In this document: positions 34,363-43,123 of the stretch, piece by piece | How positions within the stretch are numbered: position 1 is the first letter of the stretch | Layout of the letters: each line of letters opens with the position of its first letter | NCBI RefSeq assembly: GCF_965641715.1 | Contig: NZ_OZ282453.1 | Source: Escherichia coli | GTDB lineage: Bacteria > Pseudomonadota > Gammaproteobacteria > Enterobacterales > Enterobacteriaceae | DNA length: 64,000 nt | Strand: one strand, 5' to 3' | Notes under the pieces: model-generated | What the model was told of the DNA's origin: nothing | The model's database searches: none | What the model saw: only the letters and a program-made list of their open reading frames with translations | Translations under genes and position numbers: made by a program

Positions 34363-35766
34363 ATGAATCAACAGGATATTGAACAGGTGGTGAAAGCGGT
34401 ACTGCTGAAAATGCAAAGCAGTGACACGCCGCCCGCCGCCGTTCATGAGATGGGCGTTTTCGCGTCCCTGGATGACGCTGTTGCGGCAGCCAAAATTGCC
34501 CAGCAAGGGTTAAAGAGCGTGGCAATGCGCCAGTTAGCCATTGCTGCCATTCGTGAAGCAGGCGAAAAACACGCCAGAGATTTAGCGGAACTTGCCGTCA
34601 GTGAAACCGGCATGGGTCGCGTTGAAGATAAATTTGCCAAAAACGTCGCTCAGGCACGCGGCACGCCAGGCGTTGAGTGTCTCTCTCCGCAAGTGCTGAC
34701 GGGCGACAACGGCCTGACTTTAATTGAAAACGCGCCCTGGGGCGTGGTGGCTTCGGTGACGCCGTCCACTAACCCGGCGGCAACCGTAATTAATAACGCC
34801 ATCAGCCTGATTGCCGCGGGCAACAGCGTCATTTTTGCCCCGCATCCGGCGGCGAAAAAAGTCTCCCAGCGGGCGATCACGCTGCTCAACCAGGCGATTG
34901 TTGCCGCAGGCGGGCCGGAAAACTTACTGGTTACTGTGGCAAATCCGGATATCGAAACCGCGCAACGCTTGTTCAAGTTTCCGGGTATCGGCCTGCTGGT
35001 GGTGACCGGCGGCGAAGCGGTAGTAGAAGCGGCGCGTAAACACACCAATAAACGTCTGATTGCCGCAGGCGCTGGCAACCCGCCGGTAGTGGTGGATGAA
35101 ACCGCTGACCTCGCCCGTGCTGCTCAGTCCATCGTCAAAGGCGCGTCTTTCGATAACAACATCATTTGTGCCGACGAAAAGGTACTGATTGTTGTTGATA
35201 GCGTAGCCGATGAACTGATGCGTCTGATGGAAGGCCAGCACGCGGTGAAACTGACCGCAGAACAGGCGCAGCAGCTGCAACCGGTGTTGCTGAAAAATAT
35301 CGACGAGCGCGGAAAAGGCACCGTCAGCCGTGACTGGGTTGGTCGCGACGCAGGCAAAATCGCGGCGGCAATCGGCCTTAAAGTTCCGCAAGAAACGCGC
35401 CTGCTGTTTGTGGAAACCACCGCAGAACATCCGTTTGCCGTGACTGAACTGATGATGCCGGTGTTGCCCGTCGTGCGCGTCGCCAACGTGGCGGATGCCA
35501 TTGCGCTAGCGGTGAAACTGGAAGGCGGTTGCCACCACACGGCGGCAATGCACTCGCGCAACATCGAAAACATGAACCAGATGGCGAATGCTATTGATAC
35601 CAGCATTTTCGTTAAGAACGGACCGTGCATTGCCGGGCTGGGGCTGGGCGGGGAAGGCTGGACCACCATGACCATCACCACGCCAACCGGTGAAGGGGTA
35701 ACCAGCGCGCGTACGTTTGTCCGTCTGCGTCGCTGTGTATTAGTCGATGCGTTTCGCATTGTTTAA
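34363..35766 (+). CDS. eutE: CoA-acylating acetaldehyde dehydrogenase EutE
   Basis: 467 aa, aldehyde dehydrogenase fold, N-terminal encapsulation-type helix. Confidence 0.94.
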   Translation: MNQQDIEQVVKAVLLKMQSSDTPPAAVHEMGVFASLDDAVAAAKIAQQGLKSVAMRQLAIAAIREAGEKHARDLAELAVSETGMGRVEDKFAKNVAQARGTPGVECLSPQVLTGDNGLTLIENAPWGVVASVTPSTNPAATVINNAISLIAAGNSVIFAPHPAAKKVSQRAITLLNQAIVAAGGPENLLVTVANPDIETAQRLFKFPGIGLLVVTGGEAVVEAARKHTNKRLIAAGAGNPPVVVDETADLARAAQSIVKGASFDNNIICADEKVLIVVDSVADELMRLMEGQHAVKLTAEQAQQLQPVLLKNIDERGKGTVSRDWVGRDAGKIAAAIGLKVPQETRLLFVETTAEHPFAVTELMMPVLPVVRVANVADAIALAVKLEGGCHHTAAMHSRNIENMNQMANAIDTSIFVKNGPCIAGLGLGGEGWTTMTITTPTGEGVTSARTFVRLRRCVLVDAFRIV

Positions 35767-35776
35767 GGAGTAACAG

Positions 35777-36613
35777 ATGGCGCACGACGAACAATGGCTC
35801 ACCCCACGTCTGCAAACGGCGGCAACGCTGTGTAACCAGACGCCCGCCGCGACGGAATCTCCGCTGTGGCTGGGGGTGGATCTGGGCACCTGCGATGTGG
35901 TGTCGATGGTTGTCGACCGCGACGGTCAGCCAGTGGCGGTATGCCTCGACTGGGCCGATGTGGTTCGCGACGGCATCGTCTGGGATTTCTTCGGCGCTGT
36001 CACCATTGTTCGTCGCCATCTCGACACGCTCGAGCAGCAATTCGGTCGTCGTTTTAGCCATGCGGCGACTTCATTTCCTCCAGGTACGGACCCGCGTATT
36101 TCCATCAACGTGCTGGAATCTGCCGGACTGGAAGTGAGCCATGTGCTGGATGAGCCAACCGCAGTTGCGGATCTGCTGCAACTGGACAACGCCGGTGTAG
36201 TGGATATCGGCGGCGGCACTACCGGCATTGCCATCGTGAAAAAGGGCAAGGTGACGTACTCGGCGGATGAAGCCACCGGCGGACATCACATCTCTCTGAC
36301 TCTCGCCGGAAATCGCCGTATTTCGCTGGAAGAGGCGGAGCAGTACAAGCGCGGTCACGGTGAAGAGATTTGGCCTGCGGTGAAACCGGTGTACGAAAAA
36401 ATGGCGGACATTGTCGCCCGGCATATTGAAGGGCAGGGCATTACTGATTTATGGCTGGCGGGCGGCTCTTGTATGCAACCGGGCGTGGCGGAACTGTTTC
36501 GCAAACAATTCCCGGCGTTACAGGTGCATTTACCGCAGCACAGTTTGTTTATGACCCCGCTGGCGATCGCCAGTAGTGGGCGAGAGAAAGCGGAGGGGCT
36601 ATATGCAAAATGA
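35777..36613 (+). CDS. eutJ: EutJ, DnaK/actin-fold chaperone-like protein
   Basis: 278 aa, GVDLGTCDVV and DIGGGTTG ATPase motifs. Confidence 0.92.
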   Translation: MAHDEQWLTPRLQTAATLCNQTPAATESPLWLGVDLGTCDVVSMVVDRDGQPVAVCLDWADVVRDGIVWDFFGAVTIVRRHLDTLEQQFGRRFSHAATSFPPGTDPRISINVLESAGLEVSHVLDEPTAVADLLQLDNAGVVDIGGGTTGIAIVKKGKVTYSADEATGGHHISLTLAGNRRISLEEAEQYKRGHGEEIWPAVKPVYEKMADIVARHIEGQGITDLWLAGGSCMQPGVAELFRKQFPALQVHLPQHSLFMTPLAIASSGREKAEGLYAK

Positions 36614-37790
36614 ATTGCAGACCGCGCTCTTTCAGGCGTTCGATACCCTGAATCTGCAACGGGTAAAAACATTTAGCGTTCCACCGGTGACGCTTTGCGG
36701 TCCGGGCTCGGTGAGCAGTTGCGGACAGCAAGCGCAAACGCGTGGGCTGAAACATCTGTTCGTGATGGCAGACAGCTTTTTGCATCAGGCAGGGATGACC
36801 GCCGGGCTGACGCGTAGCCTGACCGTTAAAGGTATCGCCATGACGCTCTGGCCATGTCCGGTGGGCGAACCGTGCATTACCGACGTGTGTGCAGCCGTGG
36901 CGCAGTTGCGTGAGTCAGGCTGTGATGGGGTGATCGCGTTTGGCGGCGGCTCGGTGCTGGATGCGGCGAAAGCCGTGACGTTGCTGGTGACGAACCCGGA
37001 TAGCACGCTGGCAGAGATGTCAGAAACCAGCGTTCTGCAACCGCGCTTGCCGCTGATTGCCATTCCAACTACCGCCGGAACCGGCTCTGAAACCACCAAT
37101 GTAACGGTGATTATCGACGCGGTGAGCGGGCGCAAGCAGGTGTTAGCCCATGCCTCGCTGATGCCGGATGTGGCGATCCTCGACGCCGCATTGACCGAAG
37201 GTGTGCCGTCGCATGTCACGGCGATGACCGGCATTGATGCGTTAACCCATGCCATTGAAGCATACAGCGCCCTGAACGCTACACCGTTTACCGACAGTCT
37301 GGCGATTGGTGCCATTGCGATGATTGGCAAATCGCTGCCGAAAGCGGTGGGCTACGGTCACGACCTTGCCGCGCGCGAGAGCATGTTGCTGGCTTCATGT
37401 ATGGCGGGAATGGCGTTTTCCAGTGCGGGTCTTGGGTTGTGCCACGCGATGGCGCATCAGCCGGGCGCGGCGCTGCATATTCCGCACGGTCTCGCGAACG
37501 CTATGTTGCTGCCAACGGTGATGGAGTTTAACCGGATGGTTTGTCGTGAACGCTTTAGTCAGATTGGTCGGGCACTGCGAACTAAAAAATCCGACGATCG
37601 TGACGCTATTAACGCGGTAAGTGAGCTGATTGCGGAAGTTGGGATTGGTAAACGACTGGGCGATGTTGGCGCGACATCTGCGCATTACGGTGCATGGGCG
37701 CAGGCCGCGCAGGAAGATATTTGTCTGCGCAGCAACCCGCGTACCGCCAGCCTGGAACAGATTGTCGGACTGTACGCAGCGGCGCAATAA
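36603..37790 (+). CDS. eutG: Iron-containing alcohol dehydrogenase EutG
   Basis: ORF 36576-37790; start at Met10 (MQNELQTALFQAFDTLNLQR), 395 aa. Confidence 0.92.
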   Translation: MQNELQTALFQAFDTLNLQRVKTFSVPPVTLCGPGSVSSCGQQAQTRGLKHLFVMADSFLHQAGMTAGLTRSLTVKGIAMTLWPCPVGEPCITDVCAAVAQLRESGCDGVIAFGGGSVLDAAKAVTLLVTNPDSTLAEMSETSVLQPRLPLIAIPTTAGTGSETTNVTVIIDAVSGRKQVLAHASLMPDVAILDAALTEGVPSHVTAMTGIDALTHAIEAYSALNATPFTDSLAIGAIAMIGKSLPKAVGYGHDLAARESMLLASCMAGMAFSSAGLGLCHAMAHQPGAALHIPHGLANAMLLPTVMEFNRMVCRERFSQIGRALRTKKSDDRDAINAVSELIAEVGIGKRLGDVGATSAHYGAWAQAAQEDICLRSNPRTASLEQIVGLYAAAQ

Positions 37791-37873
37791 ATGCCGGATG
37801 CGACGCTTGCCGCGTCTTATCCGGCCTACGGGATTGCACATGTAGGGCGGATAAGGCTTCACGCAGCATCCGC
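37791..37873. repeat. REP pair (BIME) between eutG and eutH
   Basis: tgccggatgcgacgcttgccgcgtcttatccggcctac followed by an inverted gtagggcggataaggcttcacgcagcatccgc. Confidence 0.85.
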
Positions 37874-37905
37874 TAATAAATAACAACTAACAGGGAGTAA
37901 AGGCG

Positions 37906-39132
37906 ATGGGAATTAACGAAATCATCATGTACATCATGATGTTCTTTATGCTGATAGCTGCCGTAGACAGGATCCTGTCGCAGTTCGGCGGTTCTGCTCG
38001 TTTCCTCGGTAAGTTCGGTAAAAGTATCGAAGGATCAGGCGGTCAGTTCGAAGAAGGCTTTATGGCAATGGGCGCACTGGGCCTGGCGATGGTCGGTATG
38101 ACCGCGCTGGCACCGGTACTGGCTCACGTTCTCGGGCCGGTAATTATTCCGGTTTACGAAATGCTCGGCGCTAACCCATCGATGTTCGCCGGAACACTGC
38201 TGGCGTGCGATATGGGCGGCTTCTTCCTCGCCAAAGAGCTGGCGGGCGGCGACGTAGCCGCGTGGCTATACTCTGGGTTAATTCTCGGGTCGATGATGGG
38301 GCCAACGATTGTGTTTTCCATTCCGGTGGCGCTCGGCATTATCGAACCTTCTGACCGTCGTTATCTGGCGCTCGGCGTGCTGGCGGGCATTGTGACCATT
38401 CCGATTGGTTGTATCGCTGGTGGTCTGGTTGCTATGTACTCCGGTGTTCAGATCAACGGCCAGCCGGTGGAATTCACTTTCGCCCTGATCCTGATGAACA
38501 TGATCCCGGTGATCATTGTTGCGATTCTGGTGGCGCTGGGGCTGAAATTCATCCCAGAAAAAATGATCAACGGCTTCCAGATCTTCGCCAAATTCCTCGT
38601 TGCATTGATCACCCTCGGTCTTGCCGCTGCGGTAGTGAAATTCCTGCTTGGCTGGGAACTGATCCCCGGTCTGGATCCTATCTTTATGGCCCCTGGCGAT
38701 AAACCCGGTGAGGTGATGCGCGCCATTGAAGTTATCGGTTCTATCTCCTGCGTTCTGTTAGGGGCGTATCCGATGGTGCTGCTGCTGACCCGCTGGTTTG
38801 AAAAACCGCTGATGAGCGTCGGTAAAGTGCTGAATATGAACAACATCGCGGCAGCCGGCATGGTGGCAACGCTTGCCAACAACATCCCGATGTTCGGCAT
38901 GATGAAGCAGATGGATACCCGCGGCAAAGTCATCAACTGCGCCTTCGCCGTTTCCGCTGCTTTCGCCCTGGGCGACCACTTAGGCTTCGCCGCTGCCAAC
39001 ATGAATGCCATGATCTTCCCGATGATTGTCGGCAAGTTGATCGGCGGCGTAACGGCGATTGGCGTGGCGATGATGCTGGTGCCAAAAGACGACGCGACCG
39101 CGGCTAAAACCGAAGCGGAGGCACAATCGTGA
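37906..39132 (+). CDS. eutH: Ethanolamine permease/facilitator EutH
   Basis: 408 aa, polytopic membrane protein. Confidence 0.94.
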   Translation: MGINEIIMYIMMFFMLIAAVDRILSQFGGSARFLGKFGKSIEGSGGQFEEGFMAMGALGLAMVGMTALAPVLAHVLGPVIIPVYEMLGANPSMFAGTLLACDMGGFFLAKELAGGDVAAWLYSGLILGSMMGPTIVFSIPVALGIIEPSDRRYLALGVLAGIVTIPIGCIAGGLVAMYSGVQINGQPVEFTFALILMNMIPVIIVAILVALGLKFIPEKMINGFQIFAKFLVALITLGLAAAVVKFLLGWELIPGLDPIFMAPGDKPGEVMRAIEVIGSISCVLLGAYPMVLLLTRWFEKPLMSVGKVLNMNNIAAAGMVATLANNIPMFGMMKQMDTRGKVINCAFAVSAAFALGDHLGFAAANMNAMIFPMIVGKLIGGVTAIGVAMMLVPKDDATAAKTEAEAQS

Positions 39133-40532
39133 ACACTCGCCAGCTACTGAGCGTCGGTATCGATATCGGCACCACCACCACCCAGGTGATTTTCTCCCAC
39201 CTGGAACTGGTTAACCGTGCGGCGGTGTCGCAGGTGCCGCGCTACGAATTCATCAAACGCGAAATTAGCTGGCAAAGCCCGGTGTTCTTTACCCCTGTCG
39301 ATAAACAGGGTGGTTTAAAAGAAGCGGAACTGAAATCGCTGATTTTAGAGCAATATCAGGCTGCGGGCATTGCGCCGGAAAGCGTTGATTCTGGTGCCAT
39401 CATCATCACCGGTGAAAGCGCGAAAACCCGCAATGCTCGCCCGGCGGTGATGGCGCTCTCTCAGTCGCTGGGCGATTTTGTCGTCGCCAGCGCCGGGCCG
39501 CACCTCGAATCCGTGATCGCCGGTCACGGTGCCGGGGCGCAAACCCTTTCTGAACAACGGCTGTGTCGGGTACTGAATATCGACATCGGCGGTGGCACCG
39601 CGAACTACGCCCTGTTCGATGCCGGAAAAATCAGCGGCACTGCCTGCCTCAACGTCGGTGGTCGCCTGCTGGAAACCGACAGCCAGGGGCGCGTGGTTTA
39701 CGCTCATAAACCGGGGCAGATGATTGTGGATGAGTGCTTCGGCGCAGGCACCGATGCCCGTTCGCTGACCGGCGCGCAGCTGGTGCAGGTTACCCGGCGG
39801 ATGGCAGAGCTGATTGTCGAAGTGATTGACGGAACGCTTTCGCCGCTCGCGCAGGCATTAATGCAAACCGGTTTGCTGCCCGCAGGTGTTACGCCCGAAA
39901 TCATTACGCTTTCTGGCGGCGTGGGCGAATGTTATCGCCACCAGCCCGCCGACCCGTTCTGTTTTGCCGATATTGGCCCGCTTCTGGCAACGGCGCTGCA
40001 TGACCATCCGCGCCTGCGTGAGATGAACGTGCAGTTTCCGGCGCAAACCGTGCGCGCCACGGTGATTGGTGCGGGTGCACATACCCTTTCGCTCTCTGGC
40101 AGCACAATCTGGCTGGAGGGCGTACAACTGCCGCTGCGCAATTTGCCGGTGGCGATCCCAATTGATGAAACGGATCTGGTGGGTGCCTGGCAACAGGCGC
40201 TGATTCAGCTGGATCTTGATCCCAAAACTGACGCGTACGTGCTGGCGCTTCCCGCCTCGCTGCCTGTGCGTTACGCCGCGGTACTGACGGTCATCAACGC
40301 GTTGGTCGATTTCGTCGCGCGTTTTCCGAATCCGAATCCCCTGCTGGTGGTGGCCGGGCAGGACTTTGGTAAAGCTCTGGGCATGTTGTTGCGCCCACAG
40401 CTACAACAACTCCCGTTGGCAGTCATTGACGAAGTGATTGTCCGCGCGGGGGACTATATCGACATTGGTACGCCTCTTTTTGGCGGATCGGTTGTGCCGG
40501 TGACGGTGAAATCACTCGCATTTCCTTCCTGA
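39129..40532 (+). CDS. eutA: Ethanolamine ammonia-lyase reactivase EutA
   Basis: 467 aa; the TGA stop (40530-40532) lies inside the att core of the island. Confidence 0.94.
   Translation: MNTRQLLSVGIDIGTTTTQVIFSHLELVNRAAVSQVPRYEFIKREISWQSPVFFTPVDKQGGLKEAELKSLILEQYQAAGIAPESVDSGAIIITGESAKTRNARPAVMALSQSLGDFVVASAGPHLESVIAGHGAGAQTLSEQRLCRVLNIDIGGGTANYALFDAGKISGTACLNVGGRLLETDSQGRVVYAHKPGQMIVDECFGAGTDARSLTGAQLVQVTRRMAELIVEVIDGTLSPLAQALMQTGLLPAGVTPEIITLSGGVGECYRHQPADPFCFADIGPLLATALHDHPRLREMNVQFPAQTVRATVIGAGAHTLSLSGSTIWLEGVQLPLRNLPVAIPIDETDLVGAWQQALIQLDLDPKTDAYVLALPASLPVRYAAVLTVINALVDFVARFPNPNPLLVVAGQDFGKALGMLLRPQLQQLPLAVIDEVIVRAGDYIDIGTPLFGGSVVPVTVKSLAFPS
40511..40532. repeat. attL (bacterial arm + 8-bp core CTTCCTGA)
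   Basis: atcactcgcatttccttcctga. The core at 40525-40532 is repeated at 51725-51732, and atcact is also shared. Confidence 0.7.
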
Positions 40533-40582
40533 ATACTGTAGTTATCAGGCGTGGCGCTGGGTGGCTGGGTGTTAGTGGGATT

Positions 40583-40602
40583 ATATCCGGCTGTGTATCC
40601 GG
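40583..40602. repeat. GTATCCGG-type repeats near attL (candidate integrase arm-type sites)
   Basis: atatccgg at 40583-40590 and gtatccgg at 40595-40602. Confidence 0.4.
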
Positions 40603-40626
40603 TCGGGGTGATTGGTCTGTATAGCA

Positions 40627-40648
40627 GAAAACCCGGCGCGGGGCCGGG
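40627..40648 (-). terminator. Rho-independent terminator after the Rha-like gene
   Basis: Minus strand reads cccggc-cccgc-gccggg followed by TTTTT. The hairpin is identical to the one at 42316-42337. Confidence 0.8.
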
Positions 40649-40655
40649 TGAACTA

Positions 40656-41216
40656 TCACTCAGGGAACAAGTTGATTTGAAGCAAACTGCCAATGTATTT
40701 ACCAGTGCTTTTAATTTTTCGCTTTGATGGCTTACACGAATTCAGGTTGACACCAGCCTGGCTAGATATTGGCTTGTATTGCCGCTCCGCCAGTACGATC
40801 AGGTCTGCCGCGTCTTTTAGCTTTCCATCGTTAGCCAGTTCCAATGCTCGATCCGCCATTTGCCCGCATTGTTGAATCAGCTTAAGTTGCGATACCTCCA
40901 GTCGCAATTGCTGGATTCGTTCTACCACTTTCGCCCTAATGCGCTTAGTTTCACGCATTCCCATTCTTAATGCCTGGTTGCCAGTAAGTGAGTAAACCTC
41001 TTTTTCTTTCCTGAAGTTTGCGGCTTTACCGTCAGCTTGGACGCGCATTTTATGCGCTTCCAAGAATTCGCCCTCCAATTCATCCCTGATCTTCGCGTTG
41101 AATCTGTCGTTCTTGAGTTCATTTAACCCTTCCGCCTTGCGGATCTGGTTGATTAACTCCAACAATTCATCACTGCGGATACGCCACTCGCTATCAACCT
41201 GTACCAAGTCAAACAT
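40656..41216 (-). CDS. Rha-like phage regulatory / antirepressor-like protein (186 aa)
   Basis: ORF track 40656-41309 begins at a TTG. I prefer the ATG at 41216 (MFDLVQVDSEWRIRSDELLELINQIRKAEG), which has a GGGAG RBS 7 nt upstream. The domain pattern resembles the Phage_pRha family; this is a memory-based judgement, not a search result. Confidence 0.6.
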   Translation of the reverse strand: MFDLVQVDSEWRIRSDELLELINQIRKAEGLNELKNDRFNAKIRDELEGEFLEAHKMRVQADGKAANFRKEKEVYSLTGNQALRMGMRETKRIRAKVVERIQQLRLEVSQLKLIQQCGQMADRALELANDGKLKDAADLIVLAERQYKPISSQAGVNLNSCKPSKRKIKSTGKYIGSLLQINLFPE

Positions 41217-41380
41217 GTTGTTGCTCCCGTTTTGCTGCCATAGGGCAACGGCTCGCCAGCCTTTATCACCTCCTTTAGTTGTTGCGATTCTTAACTGAAT
41301 GGTTATCAAAACGCTGCGTTAATATCATTGATATGTATCAAATTTGTTTTGTGACGCGACAATGCCTTGTGAATATCAAT

Positions 41381-41404
41381 AAAAAACCCAGCGCTATGGC
41401 TGGG
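41381..41404 (-). terminator. Terminator after the XRE-HTH gene
   Basis: Minus strand reads cccagc-catagc-gctggg followed by TTTTTT. Confidence 0.8.
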
Positions 41405-41437
41405 CTTCGTTTAATGAGATGGGATTGAAAGCGGGTT

Positions 41438-42220
41438 TTATTTATCTCCCAGATTGTATTCCCAGTTGGGAAGTAAAGTTATCAGCTTGTCACCTTTCTT
41501 GCCTTTGCCGATCTGGTTGCCGTTCTCGTCTTTCTTGTGTGTGATTTCCTGGTCAACCTTAATCAATCCTCTCTCTTTGGCTTGCTCAATCAGTCGGTAG
41601 AATGCGCCGTTACTAATCGGCTTCCGGTTACCGTCGTTATCCATCGCAGTGATTTTCTGTTGCAGTCCGGCGTTATTGCCCAGGTATTCGCCACCTAACG
41701 CCGCCAGTACCTGACACAACATGCCGACACTGTATTTTTTCGGATTTGGGTTAATCCATTCTTTAGCTCCCATCTCTTTTTTGTCGTTGGGCGCTTGTTC
41801 TGCTGCTACTGCGTTCACCTTTTCATCTCCCATCTTGTTACCGCTTGCTGTGCGCTTAATTTCTTCCAGTTCTCTCTCAAGCTCACCTATACGTAATTCA
41901 CGCTCGATAATTACCCCGCGCAGCACATCATCATCACCGTGAGGGCTTGCCTGAATCCAGTTACCATTGGCGAGCGGTAGGAGGGCATAAATTCCGAACA
42001 GGTCACAAAGCGCGGCAAGTGTATTAAAATCAGGTTCCCGGCGTCCCTCCATCCAGTGGCTAACAGCGCCTTTTGTGACTGGTTCGCCTTTCTTGCTTTT
42101 AACACCCATGCGATCCAGTGCGGCGGCTATCTCTTCGCATTTAATGCCACGACCGCCAGCATAGCCCGCCGCTTTCGCGGCCCCTTTGAGGATGTCGTGA
42201 ATTTTCATTTCGTAACTCAT
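41438..42220 (-). CDS. XRE/cI-type HTH protein with coiled-coil linker and C-terminal putative winged-helix domain (260 aa)
   Basis: ORF 41438-42235. Start moved to MSYEMKIHDILKGAAKAAG, where the GGGAGA RBS is 8 nt upstream. The segment GIKCEEIAAALDRMGV...TKGAVSHWMEGRREPDFNTLAALCDLFG matches the HTH_XRE pattern. Confidence 0.7.
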   Translation of the reverse strand: MSYEMKIHDILKGAAKAAGYAGGRGIKCEEIAAALDRMGVKSKKGEPVTKGAVSHWMEGRREPDFNTLAALCDLFGIYALLPLANGNWIQASPHGDDDVLRGVIIERELRIGELERELEEIKRTASGNKMGDEKVNAVAAEQAPNDKKEMGAKEWINPNPKKYSVGMLCQVLAALGGEYLGNNAGLQQKITAMDNDGNRKPISNGAFYRLIEQAKERGLIKVDQEITHKKDENGNQIGKGKKGDKLITLLPNWEYNLGDK

Positions 42221-42230
42221 AATTTTATCT

Positions 42231-42258
42231 CCCATCTCATGAACTATGGTGGGAGATT
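42231..42258. promoter_or_regulatory. 28-bp box copy 1 (CCCATCTCAT-N9-TGGGAGATT), overlapping the RBS of the HTH gene
   Basis: Near-identical box at 42939-42966. ATCTCCCA (42227-42234) and TGGGAGAT (42250-42257) form a perfect 8-bp inverted repeat. Confidence 0.5.
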
Positions 42259-42315
42259 AACACGGCGGGCCTGTGGCGGGTAAGTGTAACGGGAGAGAAT
42301 GTTGATTCAGGTCAC

Positions 42316-42337
42316 AAAAACCCGGCGCGGGGCCGGG
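42316..42337 (-). terminator. Terminator after the 158-aa gene
   Basis: aaaaacccggcgcggggccggg is identical over 21 nt to the terminator at 40628-40648. Confidence 0.8.
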
Positions 42338-42359
42338 CTGTGTTAGTACGTCGTTGCTC

Positions 42360-42836
42360 TTAGTTCATGAGGAGATCTTTAAATTCGACGCCGTATTCAT
42401 GGGCAATGTCGCCTCTATAGTAGATGTTATCTTTCAGGATATATCCGACGTTTCTCAGGACGTGAGAACACTCTCTTACTGCTGCCTCTTTACCCCTTAA
42501 AACATCCTCCCCGCTAACTTCTTCGCCGCTGTACTTCACTGCGATGTTGTCTGCTGCACGCTCTGCTGCTTCCAGGCAATTAATCTTCACTTTTCCCCGA
42601 TTCTCCCAGGCAAAATCGCGGCCATAAATCCCCATTGCATCAACCATCTTTTGCGCAGTAGTGCGCTCATCCACCCATTCAGTGCGTTCGAACTTCTCGC
42701 CAGCAGCTACCCTTGCCGCCAGTTGTTCGTGTTGAGTCTGTACGGCCGCAGCCTCTTCTTCCCATTTGCCTTGCTCGTTGTATACGATGAAGCCAGTGAT
42801 GACTGCAGCGATTAGTAACTTGTCCAGAAAATTCAT
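42360..42836 (-). CDS. Membrane-anchored (N-terminal TM) protein of unknown function, 158 aa
   Basis: Strong RBS AGGAGGA 6 nt before the ATG. MNFLDKLLIAAVITGFIVY signal-anchor, then a soluble domain with two Cys. Confidence 0.7.
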   Translation of the reverse strand: MNFLDKLLIAAVITGFIVYNEQGKWEEEAAAVQTQHEQLAARVAAGEKFERTEWVDERTTAQKMVDAMGIYGRDFAWENRGKVKINCLEAAERAADNIAVKYSGEEVSGEDVLRGKEAAVRECSHVLRNVGYILKDNIYYRGDIAHEYGVEFKDLLMN

Positions 42837-42938
42837 AGCTTCCTCCTATCTGTTCAATTACCCGGCATCTCTTGCCGTTGAACGTATTAAACAAAATGCC
42901 AGTCAGGGATAAAGCGATCTGCGTCATAAAGTCCATCC

Positions 42939-42966
42939 CCCATCTCATTGATATTGATGGGAGATT
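42939..42966. promoter_or_regulatory. 28-bp box copy 2, about 100 nt upstream of the 158-aa gene
   Basis: CCCATCTCAT-tgatattga-TGGGAGATT. On the minus strand it overlaps a candidate promoter, CTGACC-N18-CAATAT. Confidence 0.45.
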
Positions 42967-43041
42967 GTTTAATTGGTCAGAAATTAAGCGTTTATGTGCG
43001 CTGCCGGGTATCCACCTCCTATCTGAAGATGGAAAGATGGG

Positions 43042-43123
43042 TGATATAATGTGATGGCAATTGGTGGATTGCGTGGTTTTTACAATGATAAGGGGCTGGC
43101 GTAATGCTGGCCCCTTTGTTTAT
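43042..43123 (+). ncRNA. Candidate ~65-nt plus-strand sRNA (promoter through terminator)
   Basis: Perfect extended -10 TGaTATAAT at 43042-43050. First hairpin gcaat-N6-attgc at 43057-43072. An 11-bp terminator stem at 43090-43116 has two G-U pairs, so it only folds well on the plus-strand RNA. It is followed by TTTGTTTAT. Confidence 0.4.

Noticed and set aside
40656-41309. 217-aa version of the Rha-like ORF starting at the TTG at 41309.
   Set aside because: The extra 31 codons start at a TTG with no SD. The internal ATG at 41216 has a GGGAG RBS at correct spacing, and the recognisable domain begins right after it. Kept as an alternative start only.
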